Assembly (NCBI GenBank): GCA_025839675.1
Contig: CP104013.1
Location: 3,390,001-3,422,000, forward strand
Source of the DNA: Candidatus Lokiarchaeum ossiferum
GTDB taxonomy: Archaea; Asgardarchaeota; Lokiarchaeia; Sigyniarchaeales; Promethearchaeaceae
Direction: 5' to 3'
DNA length: 32,000 bases
The translations under genes were made by a program, and so were the position numbers. This document shows, in pieces, positions 7,817 through 15,939 of the stretch (positions are counted from its first letter, which is position 1; each line of letters starts with the position of its first letter). The notes under the pieces are model-generated. The model ran no database searches, was not told the origin of the DNA, and saw nothing but the letters and a program-made list of their open reading frames with translations.

Positions 7817-10800
7817 AATCATCATCTTCATCATTATCTACTACTATCGGTTTATCAAGATCTTCTTCATCGGTACCTTCAATTGCGGCACCAAAATCAT
7901 CACGATCTTTTTCTTCTTCGAGATCAACAGTAAAAATATCGGTTATACCATCATTCATAGCAACCCCATAAATCCTGTCGCTGTTGGTTATATTTTCTTC
8001 CCTGTGGCTAATGACTAAAAATTGTGCTTGGGCAGCATATTCTTTGATAACCATTGAAACACGATATACATTTGGTCCATCCAACGCAGCATCAATTTCG
8101 TCCATAATATAAAATGGAGCGGGATAAAAATTCTGGACAGCAAAAATAAAGGAAAGTGCAACTAAAGTTTTTTCTCCTCCACTTAATATCGTTAAGGAAG
8201 AGATTTTTTTACCTCTCGGTCGGGCTTCAATATTAATCCCTGCTTCAAAAGGATGAGCGGGATTCTCTAAAATCATTTTTGCAGATCCTCCAGGGCTTAA
8301 TTGTTGGAAAACATTGGAAAATACGCGATTGATTTCATGATAAGCTTTCATAAAATTCCTAGTTTTCTCCAATTCGATACGATCAATTGAATCTAAGATT
8401 GCCTTACGTTCCCTTTGCAATGTTTGCCGGCGCATATCAATTTCATCCCATCGTTCCCGAACTACTTCATATTCTTCAATAGACTTCAAGTTTACAGGTT
8501 CTAATGCCGTTTTTTCGTTCGTTGCTTTTGCTATAGCTTGATTTAAAGATGCTTCTGCAAGATCATCGGTTACTGGTGGAAGAGTTCCATAATCCTTCGA
8601 TTTTTCAAATAATTCATCTATACGTTCTTCTAATACTATTTTTCGCGTTTCTAAATTATTAAATTTCGCACTATTTCTGGAGAGATCGGAATTAAGATCA
8701 CTTAATTCTTCTTGCATTCCCTTTTGTTTTTGCCATGAATCAGATTTCTGAGATTGTAATTCGGATAATTGATCTAACTTCTCTGAACGTTCAAGCTCCA
8801 ATTTTCCAATGTTCTCTATAATTTCCTTGATTTTTTCTTCCAAATCTGCAATTGCATCTCCAAGCTCACCCATTTCATTTTTTAAGTCATCAATTTCTTC
8901 TGCCCGGTTTTGCATTTGTTTCTGTTTATCACGCGTTTTTTCCAAATTATTCTTTTCATTACTAAGTTGCTTAATTGTATTGCGCAAAATCTTTTCTTTT
9001 TCTTCTAATTCTTTCCGTTCTGCTTGAATTTTTTCAATTTCAGCATCTTCTGCTACGATTTTTTCTTCTTGAGTGGTTATTTCTCCTTCAAGAACTTCTA
9101 TTTGTTTTGAATTATCTTCAATTTTCGTTTGAGCTTCTTCATTTTCATGGTTTAAAGTTTCAATATCTGAAATTAACTTTTGAACGTTTTCCAAATCCTT
9201 CAATCGTGCTGTTACTTCTTTAAGTTTCTCATTTTCCTCGTCTATTTGAATTTGAAGCTCATTTCGTTTTTCATCAGCAATATCACGTTCTCCTTTGACA
9301 GTTTTTGTATTCTCTACCACTGCTTGAACATCTGCTTTTGCAGTATCGCTACTTTTCTCTAAATCATTTATAGTTTTCTTTTTAGCTTCAATATCCTCTG
9401 AAAGACTGACCTGATCTTGAGTGGCATTTTCAATATCATCTAAGATTCTTTTCACACTGCCTAAATCATTGAGATCTGCTTGAACTTGGGCTAATTCAGA
9501 AGTATGCTTATCAATAGTTTCTTGTAATTCTTTTGTAATTTTCCAGTAATTTTCAGAAAATTTCTTAATTCCATCGAGATCTTGGGTGAGTTTCTTAATT
9601 TCGTTCTCATTGAGCTCAATTTGCTCTGATTTTTCTTGATTTTCTTTATTTCCCTTCTCAACCCGTTTGGAATTTTCTTCAATTGATTTTGTAAGATTTC
9701 CGATTAGTATTTTAAGTTCGCTTTGATCTTTGTTCTTTTGCTCTAATTGGGTCTCAATCTTTGTCAAATTATTCTTTAGTTCTGCAAGTTTGTTCTGATC
9801 TCGTTGTATTCCTTCATTTAATCCATCTAGTGCTTTGTATACTTCCGATGTATCAGAAATAGCGATCGCTTGGAGAGCTAATCGGATTGAATCAAATTTG
9901 TTTACAAAATCTGCAATGAATCCATCAAAATTCGATGTGGATTCAAGTAAGGCTTCTTCACTTGCCTCTTTTACTACTTCATTTAATTGCTGAATGGGTT
10001 GATCTGAGTTTTCAATCAAGAAATTTAAAGTCGTGACAACTTGTTCTAACTCTTCTTTGATTTCTTGAGCCTGTTTTCCTGCTATCTCATTTATTGTACC
10101 CAACATGTCTGTTATATCCATGACAAAACTACGTAGCACGCTTTCAGATTCGTCAATTGCAACTTGACTGGCATTTTGTATATCAGATTTAACATTTCCA
10201 GCGGATCGATCGATATTTTCCATTAAACTTTGAAGCGTTCCTAACACACTTTGCAATTCACTGGAATTTTGTTCTTGCTCAGTTTCTTTTTTATCAATTT
10301 GTTCTTGCAATATTTTCCTTTCTTCTTGAAGTTGGGTCAGTTTATTTTGAATGTTCTGAGCTTGCTTGTCAAATTTCGATTTTTCTGAAGTCAGTGCCTC
10401 AATTTCCTTTTGGACATTTGCCATTTTGAGATCATTAGCACTTTTCTCACGTTCAGCAGTTTTTAATTCATTTTGAGCATTTTTTAATTCAACTTTTAGC
10501 CCAGATAATCTCTTTTCGAAATCTGCTAATTCACTTTCTAAAGTTCTACGTTTATGCTCCAATCCTTCCTTTTTGTTTTCTGATCGCTTCTGATCATCAT
10601 TAGCTTTTTTCAAGCTTTCTTTCGCATTTTTTAAGTTTTCCAAAATTTCTTTTTCAGATTTCTTCAATTCGTTGATCTGATCTTCAACTTTCTTTCCCTT
10701 GGTTAATCGATCGTATTCTTTTTGCATTTTATTCTTCCGTGTCTCGAGATCTTCAATCTGTTTTTCGATCATCTTGATTTCTGCACCTGTGGAAGAAATT

Positions 10801-12332
10801 GCCGCTTGAATATCTGCCAATTTTTGATTTGCTTTATCACGAGATTTTTCTAGTTTAAGTAATTCTTTATCAATCTCTTTTTGACGTTTTTTCTGCTCTT
10901 CAATTTTACTTTTTAAATCATTAATGGTTTTAGAAATTTCATTAGCTTCTTCTGAAGTAGTTTTAATTGCTTCTTCAACACTTTCGCCTTCTTTCTTTAA
11001 TTTGGCCAAATCACTCTCTAATTTTTCTAACTTCTTTGTATTCTTTTTTATTGACTTTTCCAATAACTTGATTTCTGTCGATAAAGCTTTTATTTCTTGA
11101 TGAACCTTTGAAATTTCTTTATTAATTTCTGTCTTTATCTTATTTATTTCCGCAATTGATGCTTCTTTTCCCTTTTGCTGAGCAGTATTTTCTTCAATCA
11201 ATTCACTTGTCTCATCAATTTCTTTTTCTTTAACATCAATTTCTTGGTTGGTTAAAGTAACTAAATCTGTATAGGTCTGTCCTTCTTCCAATTTATCTTG
11301 CAATTCTTCAAGTTTGATAATATTTTGCTCTAAACGCTTCAGGTTATCTTTGCTTGCTTGTAATGTAGCTTCTTTTGCCGATAAATCTGATTTCTGGGAG
11401 GTTAAAGTCTCATCAAGCTTTGATTTTTCCTCTTCCATGCCAGCAATATCCTCTTCGATCCCTTTTAGAAGCAAGGATTCAGATTCTATCCGATCTTTTT
11501 GGCGTTTAATTTTTCCTTCTAATTCTTCAATAACGAGTTGAGTTGATTCAATATCTGCTTCAACTTCTTCTTCCTCTTGGCGTAAATTGTGAATTTTAAG
11601 GGCAATTAGTTGAGCATTATGGAGTTTTACTAGATTATCTAATTCTTTCCATCGAAGAGCATCATTTTTTTCTTTTTCAACTTTTTTTAATTGGGCGCTA
11701 ACTTCTTTGAAAATTGCTTCAAACTGACCTAAATCCTTATCTGCTTTCTCCAATTCCTTTAAAGTTTGTTCTTTCATCCGATCATACTTAGAAAGACCAA
11801 TCAGTTCTTCAATAAATTCACGTCGTTTATTGGTGTTCATGTGAGTCAATTCAACAATACGACCTTGAAGAATAAATTGATTAGAGCCATCGGGATCAAT
11901 GTTTGCTTGTGCTAAGGCATTTAAAATTGTCTCTCGTGTTGCCTTTTTTCCTTGAATTTTATATCCACTGGTTCCTTTTTTCCGAATCCATCGGGATATC
12001 GAATATTCACTCGCATCACTTGGAAAAACTTTATCCCGATTGTCAAAAGTAATCTCAACTTCTGCTTTTGTTGCGGGTTTTTTAGTTTTTGATCCGGCAA
12101 AAATCAAATCGGTTAAACTCTTCGCACGCATTGTTTTTTTTGACATTCGGCCAAGTGCGAAGCATAATGCATCAATAACATTGGATTTACCATTTCCATT
12201 TGGTCCAATAATGCATGTAAAGCCCTTAGCTAAAGAAACACTGACGGTTCGGTTTCCAAAACTCTTGAAACCACTCATTGTAACACGTTTTATATAGGTC
12301 AAAGTTGTAACTTTCTCCTCTTTCTTAGGCAA
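7815..12332 (-). CDS. smc: SMC-family chromosome ATPase with unusually long arms and a non-canonical central domain
   Basis: 1505-aa ORF. The N-terminal head has 'YIKRVTMSGFKSFG' and Walker A 'GPNGNGKSNVIDAL'. The C-terminal head has the signature 'LSGGEKTLVALSFIFA' and Walker B/D-loop 'PFYIMDEIDAALD'. Long heptad-rich arms separate them, and scpA-scpB follow in the same operon. The start is TTG 12332, or TTG 12302 giving 'MTYIKRV..'. Confidence 0.85.
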   Translation of the reverse strand: MPKKEEKVTTLTYIKRVTMSGFKSFGNRTVSVSLAKGFTCIIGPNGNGKSNVIDALCFALGRMSKKTMRAKSLTDLIFAGSKTKKPATKAEVEITFDNRDKVFPSDASEYSISRWIRKKGTSGYKIQGKKATRETILNALAQANIDPDGSNQFILQGRIVELTHMNTNKRREFIEELIGLSKYDRMKEQTLKELEKADKDLGQFEAIFKEVSAQLKKVEKEKNDALRWKELDNLVKLHNAQLIALKIHNLRQEEEEVEADIESTQLVIEELEGKIKRQKDRIESESLLLKGIEEDIAGMEEEKSKLDETLTSQKSDLSAKEATLQASKDNLKRLEQNIIKLEELQDKLEEGQTYTDLVTLTNQEIDVKEKEIDETSELIEENTAQQKGKEASIAEINKIKTEINKEISKVHQEIKALSTEIKLLEKSIKKNTKKLEKLESDLAKLKKEGESVEEAIKTTSEEANEISKTINDLKSKIEEQKKRQKEIDKELLKLEKSRDKANQKLADIQAAISSTGAEIKMIEKQIEDLETRKNKMQKEYDRLTKGKKVEDQINELKKSEKEILENLKNAKESLKKANDDQKRSENKKEGLEHKRRTLESELADFEKRLSGLKVELKNAQNELKTAEREKSANDLKMANVQKEIEALTSEKSKFDKQAQNIQNKLTQLQEERKILQEQIDKKETEQEQNSSELQSVLGTLQSLMENIDRSAGNVKSDIQNASQVAIDESESVLRSFVMDITDMLGTINEIAGKQAQEIKEELEQVVTTLNFLIENSDQPIQQLNEVVKEASEEALLESTSNFDGFIADFVNKFDSIRLALQAIAISDTSEVYKALDGLNEGIQRDQNKLAELKNNLTKIETQLEQKNKDQSELKILIGNLTKSIEENSKRVEKGNKENQEKSEQIELNENEIKKLTQDLDGIKKFSENYWKITKELQETIDKHTSELAQVQADLNDLGSVKRILDDIENATQDQVSLSEDIEAKKKTINDLEKSSDTAKADVQAVVENTKTVKGERDIADEKRNELQIQIDEENEKLKEVTARLKDLENVQKLISDIETLNHENEEAQTKIEDNSKQIEVLEGEITTQEEKIVAEDAEIEKIQAERKELEEKEKILRNTIKQLSNEKNNLEKTRDKQKQMQNRAEEIDDLKNEMGELGDAIADLEEKIKEIIENIGKLELERSEKLDQLSELQSQKSDSWQKQKGMQEELSDLNSDLSRNSAKFNNLETRKIVLEERIDELFEKSKDYGTLPPVTDDLAEASLNQAIAKATNEKTALEPVNLKSIEEYEVVRERWDEIDMRRQTLQRERKAILDSIDRIELEKTRNFMKAYHEINRVFSNVFQQLSPGGSAKMILENPAHPFEAGINIEARPRGKKISSLTILSGGEKTLVALSFIFAVQNFYPAPFYIMDEIDAALDGPNVYRVSMVIKEYAAQAQFLVISHREENITNSDRIYGVAMNDGITDIFTVDLEEEKDRDDFGAAIEGTDEEDLDKPIVVDNDEDDD
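9828..10265 (-). other. Central non-coiled region of SMC (about aa 690-835) occupying the hinge position
   Basis: The segment 'LQSLMENIDRSAGNV...FVMDITDMLGTINEIAG...FDGFIADFVNKFDSIRLALQAIAISD' breaks the charged heptad pattern. It lacks the glycine-rich hinge motifs and contains no CxxC. Confidence 0.5.
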
Positions 12333-12345
12333 ATGAATTATTTGC

Positions 12346-12353
12346 TATATATA
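12346..12353. promoter_or_regulatory. TATATATA element in the smc/protease divergent intergenic region (candidate smc TATA box)
   Basis: A palindromic TATA 8-mer. On the minus strand it would place a transcription start near 12323, upstream of a GAGGAG (12315-12320) and TTG 12302. Confidence 0.35.
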
Positions 12354-12445
12354 CATAATGTTTTCCTTACTACCTATTTTACTTTATCCCTATTTTAGTC
12401 AAAAATGGTCTATTTCAATTTATGAAAACGAATTTTTTCTAAAAA

Positions 12446-12464
12446 TTTCATCAATTTGATGAAA
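12446..12464. repeat. Perfect 9-bp inverted repeat with 1-nt spacer (TTTCATCAA-T-TTGATGAAA)
   Basis: Read directly from the sequence. It sits in the 213-bp divergent intergenic region, 82 nt upstream of the protease ATG. Confidence 0.6.
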
Positions 12465-12531
12465 CATTAATAGGGTTAGTCGATCATCATAATTGTAAGT
12501 TCGATGGTTGTTAGTTAAGAACAAATTAATT

Positions 12532-12536
12532 GAGGA
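12532..12536 (+). promoter_or_regulatory. Shine-Dalgarno (GAGGA) for the C11 protease gene
   Basis: The sequence reads TTGAGGAAAAATTAAGATG, with a 9-nt spacer. Confidence 0.5.
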
Positions 12537-12545
12537 AAAATTAAG

Positions 12546-15500
12546 ATGAAACAAATTAAAACATCTCTCTATTCTTTAATCATTCTTGGGTTGATATTTT
12601 TCCCAAGTTACAGTTCTCCTTACAATTTAACTACATATTCTAATTCAAACGAAATTGGTGCTACCAATGAGAATATTCCTTTATCTTCTCAAACAGAAAA
12701 AAAATGGACGGTTATGGTGTATCTTGATGGCGATAATAATCTGGAAGAAGCAGCAATTAATGATCTAAATGAAATGGAGATGATTGGGAGTTCTTCAGAA
12801 GTAGATATTGTTGTTCAATTTGATCGTATTAATGGATATGACGATTCAAATGGTGATTTGAAAGAAACTTATCGTTATTATGTCGAAAAAGATACCAGTC
12901 AAACTGAAATTGGTAATCCGGTAGATGCTCTTGGAGAAGTGACTATGGGTTCAAGTCTTACGCTGGAAAGTTTTATTATTTGGAGTCAAACTAATTACCC
13001 TTCAGAAAATTATGCTTTAATTTTATGGGATCATGGATCGGGACCAATGTGGGGCCCTTATTTAGGGGGAATTTGTTGGGATGATACAAATGATCAAGAT
13101 TTTCTTACTCAAGATGAAATAGCCTCAGCAATATCAGGAAAAAATATTGATTTACTGGGAATGGATGCATGTTTAATGGGATCTACGGAAGTTATATTTG
13201 GATTGCATGAATATGTTGATGTATTTGTAGCAAGTCAAGAAAATGAACCCGGTGATGGGTGGGCTTATGACATGTTTCTGCAAGAGTTGATTGGCAATCC
13301 ATCCATGTCTGCGGAAACTTTGGGTCAAGTTATTGTCCAAGGTTATTATGATTTTTATCTACCCTATGTTCCCTACGGATGGGAAGTTACTCAAAGTGCA
13401 ATTAAAACGGATCAAATTGCGAACGTGGTGCAATCTCTTTCAAGCTTAGCTGGTGATTTAATTGATCAGATTAGTGGATTTAGATCTTCAATTGAAGCAA
13501 TTCGTTCTTCTTTACACAATTATGGTGATTCTCCTTACATTGATTTATATGAATTCTTGGTTAAATTAGATGATGAAGACATTTTGCCGGCAGAAATTGC
13601 AACAGTTAAAAACAATATTGACACTTTAATTTTGTTATCAAAATATACTGGTTCATTGTCAGAAAGTCATGGAATGACCATCTATTTTCCAGAAACAGCA
13701 GAAGATTTTTCTAACATATACATCACGAGTCTTTTTGGACAAAATTCATTATGGGATGAATTTTTACTTTCCTACTATTCCGCTCCAATTGGGGATGATC
13801 AATTTGAAGAGAACGATTTTCTTATTGATGCAAAACGTATTCGTTTCAAGGAATATATAGGCTTAATTTGTAATGATACTGATTACTATAAATTTAATGT
13901 AAGTACTGGGGATGAACTTTCTGTAAGTCTTGAATATAGTTATGTATTTGATGTAAGCGATTTGAATTTATTTTTATACGCTGAAAATGAGTCTTTGATC
14001 GAATTTTCATCAACGCCAACTAATTCTGAATGGATTTCATGGGTAGTTGATTCTAATCAAACTGTATCTATAAAAATCAACAATACTTACGGGGATGGTT
14101 ATATGTCCATGTACTCTCTTTCTGCTTCAATTCCAATTGATGACGATATTTTTGATGCAGGTGATGGTAATAACAATTTCACAACAGCCACTGAAATAAA
14201 CGATGATTTATTGGATGGAAATGAAACGTATTCTGAACTCGTTTGCATCAATCCAGATTACTATAATTTTTCATTGTATGAAATTCCAGCAGATGATAGG
14301 GATGCTTATGTCACCGTCAAACTTGAATATATTGCCACAGAAGGTTTTTTGGGCTTAGATATAATACTCATTCGATCGTCTACTAAAACATTGATACAGT
14401 CTATTAATACACCAGATGATAACGCAATTGCAGAGTTTACTGCCGAAAATTACATTGGGTTTGACTATTATATTATTATATCAAATTATGAAAACAATTC
14501 CAATTATAATTTGTCAGTGTTTCTTGAATACAAATTGGATGATCAGTTTGATAATACGACCTTCGATAATGATTTTCTATCACTAAGTGCTGATATTCCT
14601 AGAATTAATCAAATTTATACTGATTTAGTTTGCATCGACGATGATTTTTACAATATTAGCTTAGTTGAGAACGAATGGCTAAATGTTTCAATATTCTTTC
14701 AACATTCAATGGGGGATCTTGATTTATATTTATATGGACCTCATTCAAACTTGAGTTCAAAAAATGCTTACCTTTCCTCTTCATATTATTGGGAAAACAA
14801 TGAGATGATCACTTTTCTCTGTCCAGAAAATGGAACGTATGCAATCCAAGTCTATCCAAGGGAGATGAATTTAAATTATAACATGTCAATAATCGTTAAT
14901 GAAACTGGGATCAGTAATGATGCCTATGATACCTCTAATAATCATTGGGATCAACACGAAAATTTTCCTGAAATTAGTGTAAACTCTGTGGTGCCAGATT
15001 TAGCCGCTTGGGATGACGATTATTACAATATTACACTTGATCAAAATGAAAAAATTGTCATCTCTGTAATATATGAAGGTTCTGAGGGTACACTCGCTAT
15101 TTCGTTGCATGATAGTTTAGGTAATGAAATATTAACTCAATTCAATCACCTTTATTATTCAACAATTGATGCAGAAACCTATATTATTAAAATTATTCCT
15201 TTACAAAGGATTTCTGAATATATTTTAATGGTTGTTGATGAACCAGACCTCTCAGTTGATTTTAGCTCTACACTAACAAGTAGTTTAGAATTGGAGTTAA
15301 CTGAATTGGTGGATTTAACTGGAACGGTGGATCTCAACTTTTACGTAGATTATTTCATATGGGAATTCGGTGATGGAAGTCACTATTTAGGAACCAATGC
15401 GAACTTAACCCATTTATATGATGAACCGGGACATTATCCCGTATCTTTAACTGTTTGGACAAAATATGGGAAGGGTATGAAATATACAGAGTATGTTGAT

Positions 15501-15935
15501 GTATTTTCTACTCCTGAGGATGGCTTCTTAATCTACTTAAATGGGACAAATCCATTATCAAACTCAACTTTTACTATCTATTGGGAGCCTATTACTAATG
15601 CTCAAACTCTTTCGATATATTATACGGTATCCAATTCTACTCCTGTCGAAGATTGGGCATTACTTCAAGAAGATTCTTCAGGAAATGGCATTTCAATTAC
15701 ATTAACGATGCCTCAAAGTGGAAAATATTATTTTGTTGTGAAATATTCCAACCCATTCGGAACCGCTGTCTCTGAAGTGCTTCTTGTTGAAATTCAACTT
15801 GATTCCGGAATAGATACTGGTGGTGGTGATATAGGACTCTTAGATTTTATTCCTGGCTTTAATTCTCTAATTATGGTCTCAAGTTGTTTTGCGGTATGCT
15901 TATACTTGATCTTGAATCAGAAAAAAAGGGAATAA
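12546..15935 (+). CDS. Secreted clostripain-family (peptidase C11) protein with four PPC-like repeats, a PKD domain and a PGF-CTERM-like anchor
   Basis: 1129-aa ORF with an N-terminal signal/anchor ('LYSLIILGLIFFPSYS'). 'KWTVMVYLDGDNNLE', 'LILWDHGSG' (His163) and 'LLGMDACLMG' (Cys209) match the C11 His/Cys dyad context. The downstream domains are listed as separate features. Confidence 0.8.
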   Translation: MKQIKTSLYSLIILGLIFFPSYSSPYNLTTYSNSNEIGATNENIPLSSQTEKKWTVMVYLDGDNNLEEAAINDLNEMEMIGSSSEVDIVVQFDRINGYDDSNGDLKETYRYYVEKDTSQTEIGNPVDALGEVTMGSSLTLESFIIWSQTNYPSENYALILWDHGSGPMWGPYLGGICWDDTNDQDFLTQDEIASAISGKNIDLLGMDACLMGSTEVIFGLHEYVDVFVASQENEPGDGWAYDMFLQELIGNPSMSAETLGQVIVQGYYDFYLPYVPYGWEVTQSAIKTDQIANVVQSLSSLAGDLIDQISGFRSSIEAIRSSLHNYGDSPYIDLYEFLVKLDDEDILPAEIATVKNNIDTLILLSKYTGSLSESHGMTIYFPETAEDFSNIYITSLFGQNSLWDEFLLSYYSAPIGDDQFEENDFLIDAKRIRFKEYIGLICNDTDYYKFNVSTGDELSVSLEYSYVFDVSDLNLFLYAENESLIEFSSTPTNSEWISWVVDSNQTVSIKINNTYGDGYMSMYSLSASIPIDDDIFDAGDGNNNFTTATEINDDLLDGNETYSELVCINPDYYNFSLYEIPADDRDAYVTVKLEYIATEGFLGLDIILIRSSTKTLIQSINTPDDNAIAEFTAENYIGFDYYIIISNYENNSNYNLSVFLEYKLDDQFDNTTFDNDFLSLSADIPRINQIYTDLVCIDDDFYNISLVENEWLNVSIFFQHSMGDLDLYLYGPHSNLSSKNAYLSSSYYWENNEMITFLCPENGTYAIQVYPREMNLNYNMSIIVNETGISNDAYDTSNNHWDQHENFPEISVNSVVPDLAAWDDDYYNITLDQNEKIVISVIYEGSEGTLAISLHDSLGNEILTQFNHLYYSTIDAETYIIKIIPLQRISEYILMVVDEPDLSVDFSSTLTSSLELELTELVDLTGTVDLNFYVDYFIWEFGDGSHYLGTNANLTHLYDEPGHYPVSLTVWTKYGKGMKYTEYVDVFSTPEDGFLIYLNGTNPLSNSTFTIYWEPITNAQTLSIYYTVSNSTPVEDWALLQEDSSGNGISITLTMPQSGKYYFVVKYSNPFGTAVSEVLLVEIQLDSGIDTGGGDIGLLDFIPGFNSLIMVSSCFAVCLYLILNQKKRE
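12700..13780 (+). other. Peptidase C11 (clostripain-like) catalytic domain
   Basis: The motifs above. The His codon is at 13032-13034 and the Cys codon at 13170-13172. Confidence 0.75.
13791..15240 (+). repeat. Four diverged protein-level repeats (about 115-130 aa each), pre-peptidase C-terminal (PPC)-like
   Basis: Each unit opens with 'DDxF(D/E)..N(D/N)' and contains 'L(I/V)C..(D)DYY(K/N)(F/I)(N/S)(V/L)'. The units start near 13791, 14139, 14536 and 14917. The DNA itself is not repetitive. Confidence 0.55.
15319..15510 (+). other. PKD domain
   Basis: 'FIWEFGDGSHYLGTNANLTHLYDEPGHYPVSLTVW' matches the PKD consensus WxFGDG...H.Y...G.Y.V.L.V. Confidence 0.75.
15852..15932 (+). other. PGF-CTERM-like archaeosortase sorting signal
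   Basis: The C-terminus reads 'TGGGDIGLLDFI-PGF-NSLIMVSSCFAVCLYLIL-NQKKRE'. That is a Gly-rich linker, a PGF tripeptide, one transmembrane helix and a basic end. Confidence 0.5.
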
Positions 15936-15939
15936 AACC

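Noticed and set aside
6338-8018. Plus-strand ORFs overlapping scpB, scpA and the smc 3' end (6338-6574, 6384-6587, 7418-7933, 7782-8018).
   Set aside because: They are antisense to the acidic and basic low-complexity tails. The poly-S/F/L products are typical of the reverse frames of GAA/AAA-rich coding sequence.
8809-12297. Several 60-85-aa ORFs on the plus strand inside the smc gene (8809-9027, 8975-9223, 9180-9362, 11314-11541, 12040-12297), plus one same-strand, out-of-frame ORF (9491-9682 -).
   Set aside because: They are shadow ORFs of a long, low-complexity K/E-rich coding region. Their translations are S/F/L-rich with no motifs, and they are fully nested in a gene with strong SMC signatures.
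7815-12332. The possibility that the long ATPase is Rad50 rather than SMC.
   Set aside because: It has no CxxC zinc hook, no adjacent Mre11, and an N-terminal 'GFKSF' head motif. It is also co-operonic with ScpA and ScpB. All of this favours SMC.
13791-15240. The possibility of a DNA-level tandem repeat or recent duplication in the protease gene.
   Set aside because: The four units are recognisable only at the protein-motif level. The nucleotide sequences are too diverged to align by eye, so this is an ancient domain repeat and not a DNA repeat element.
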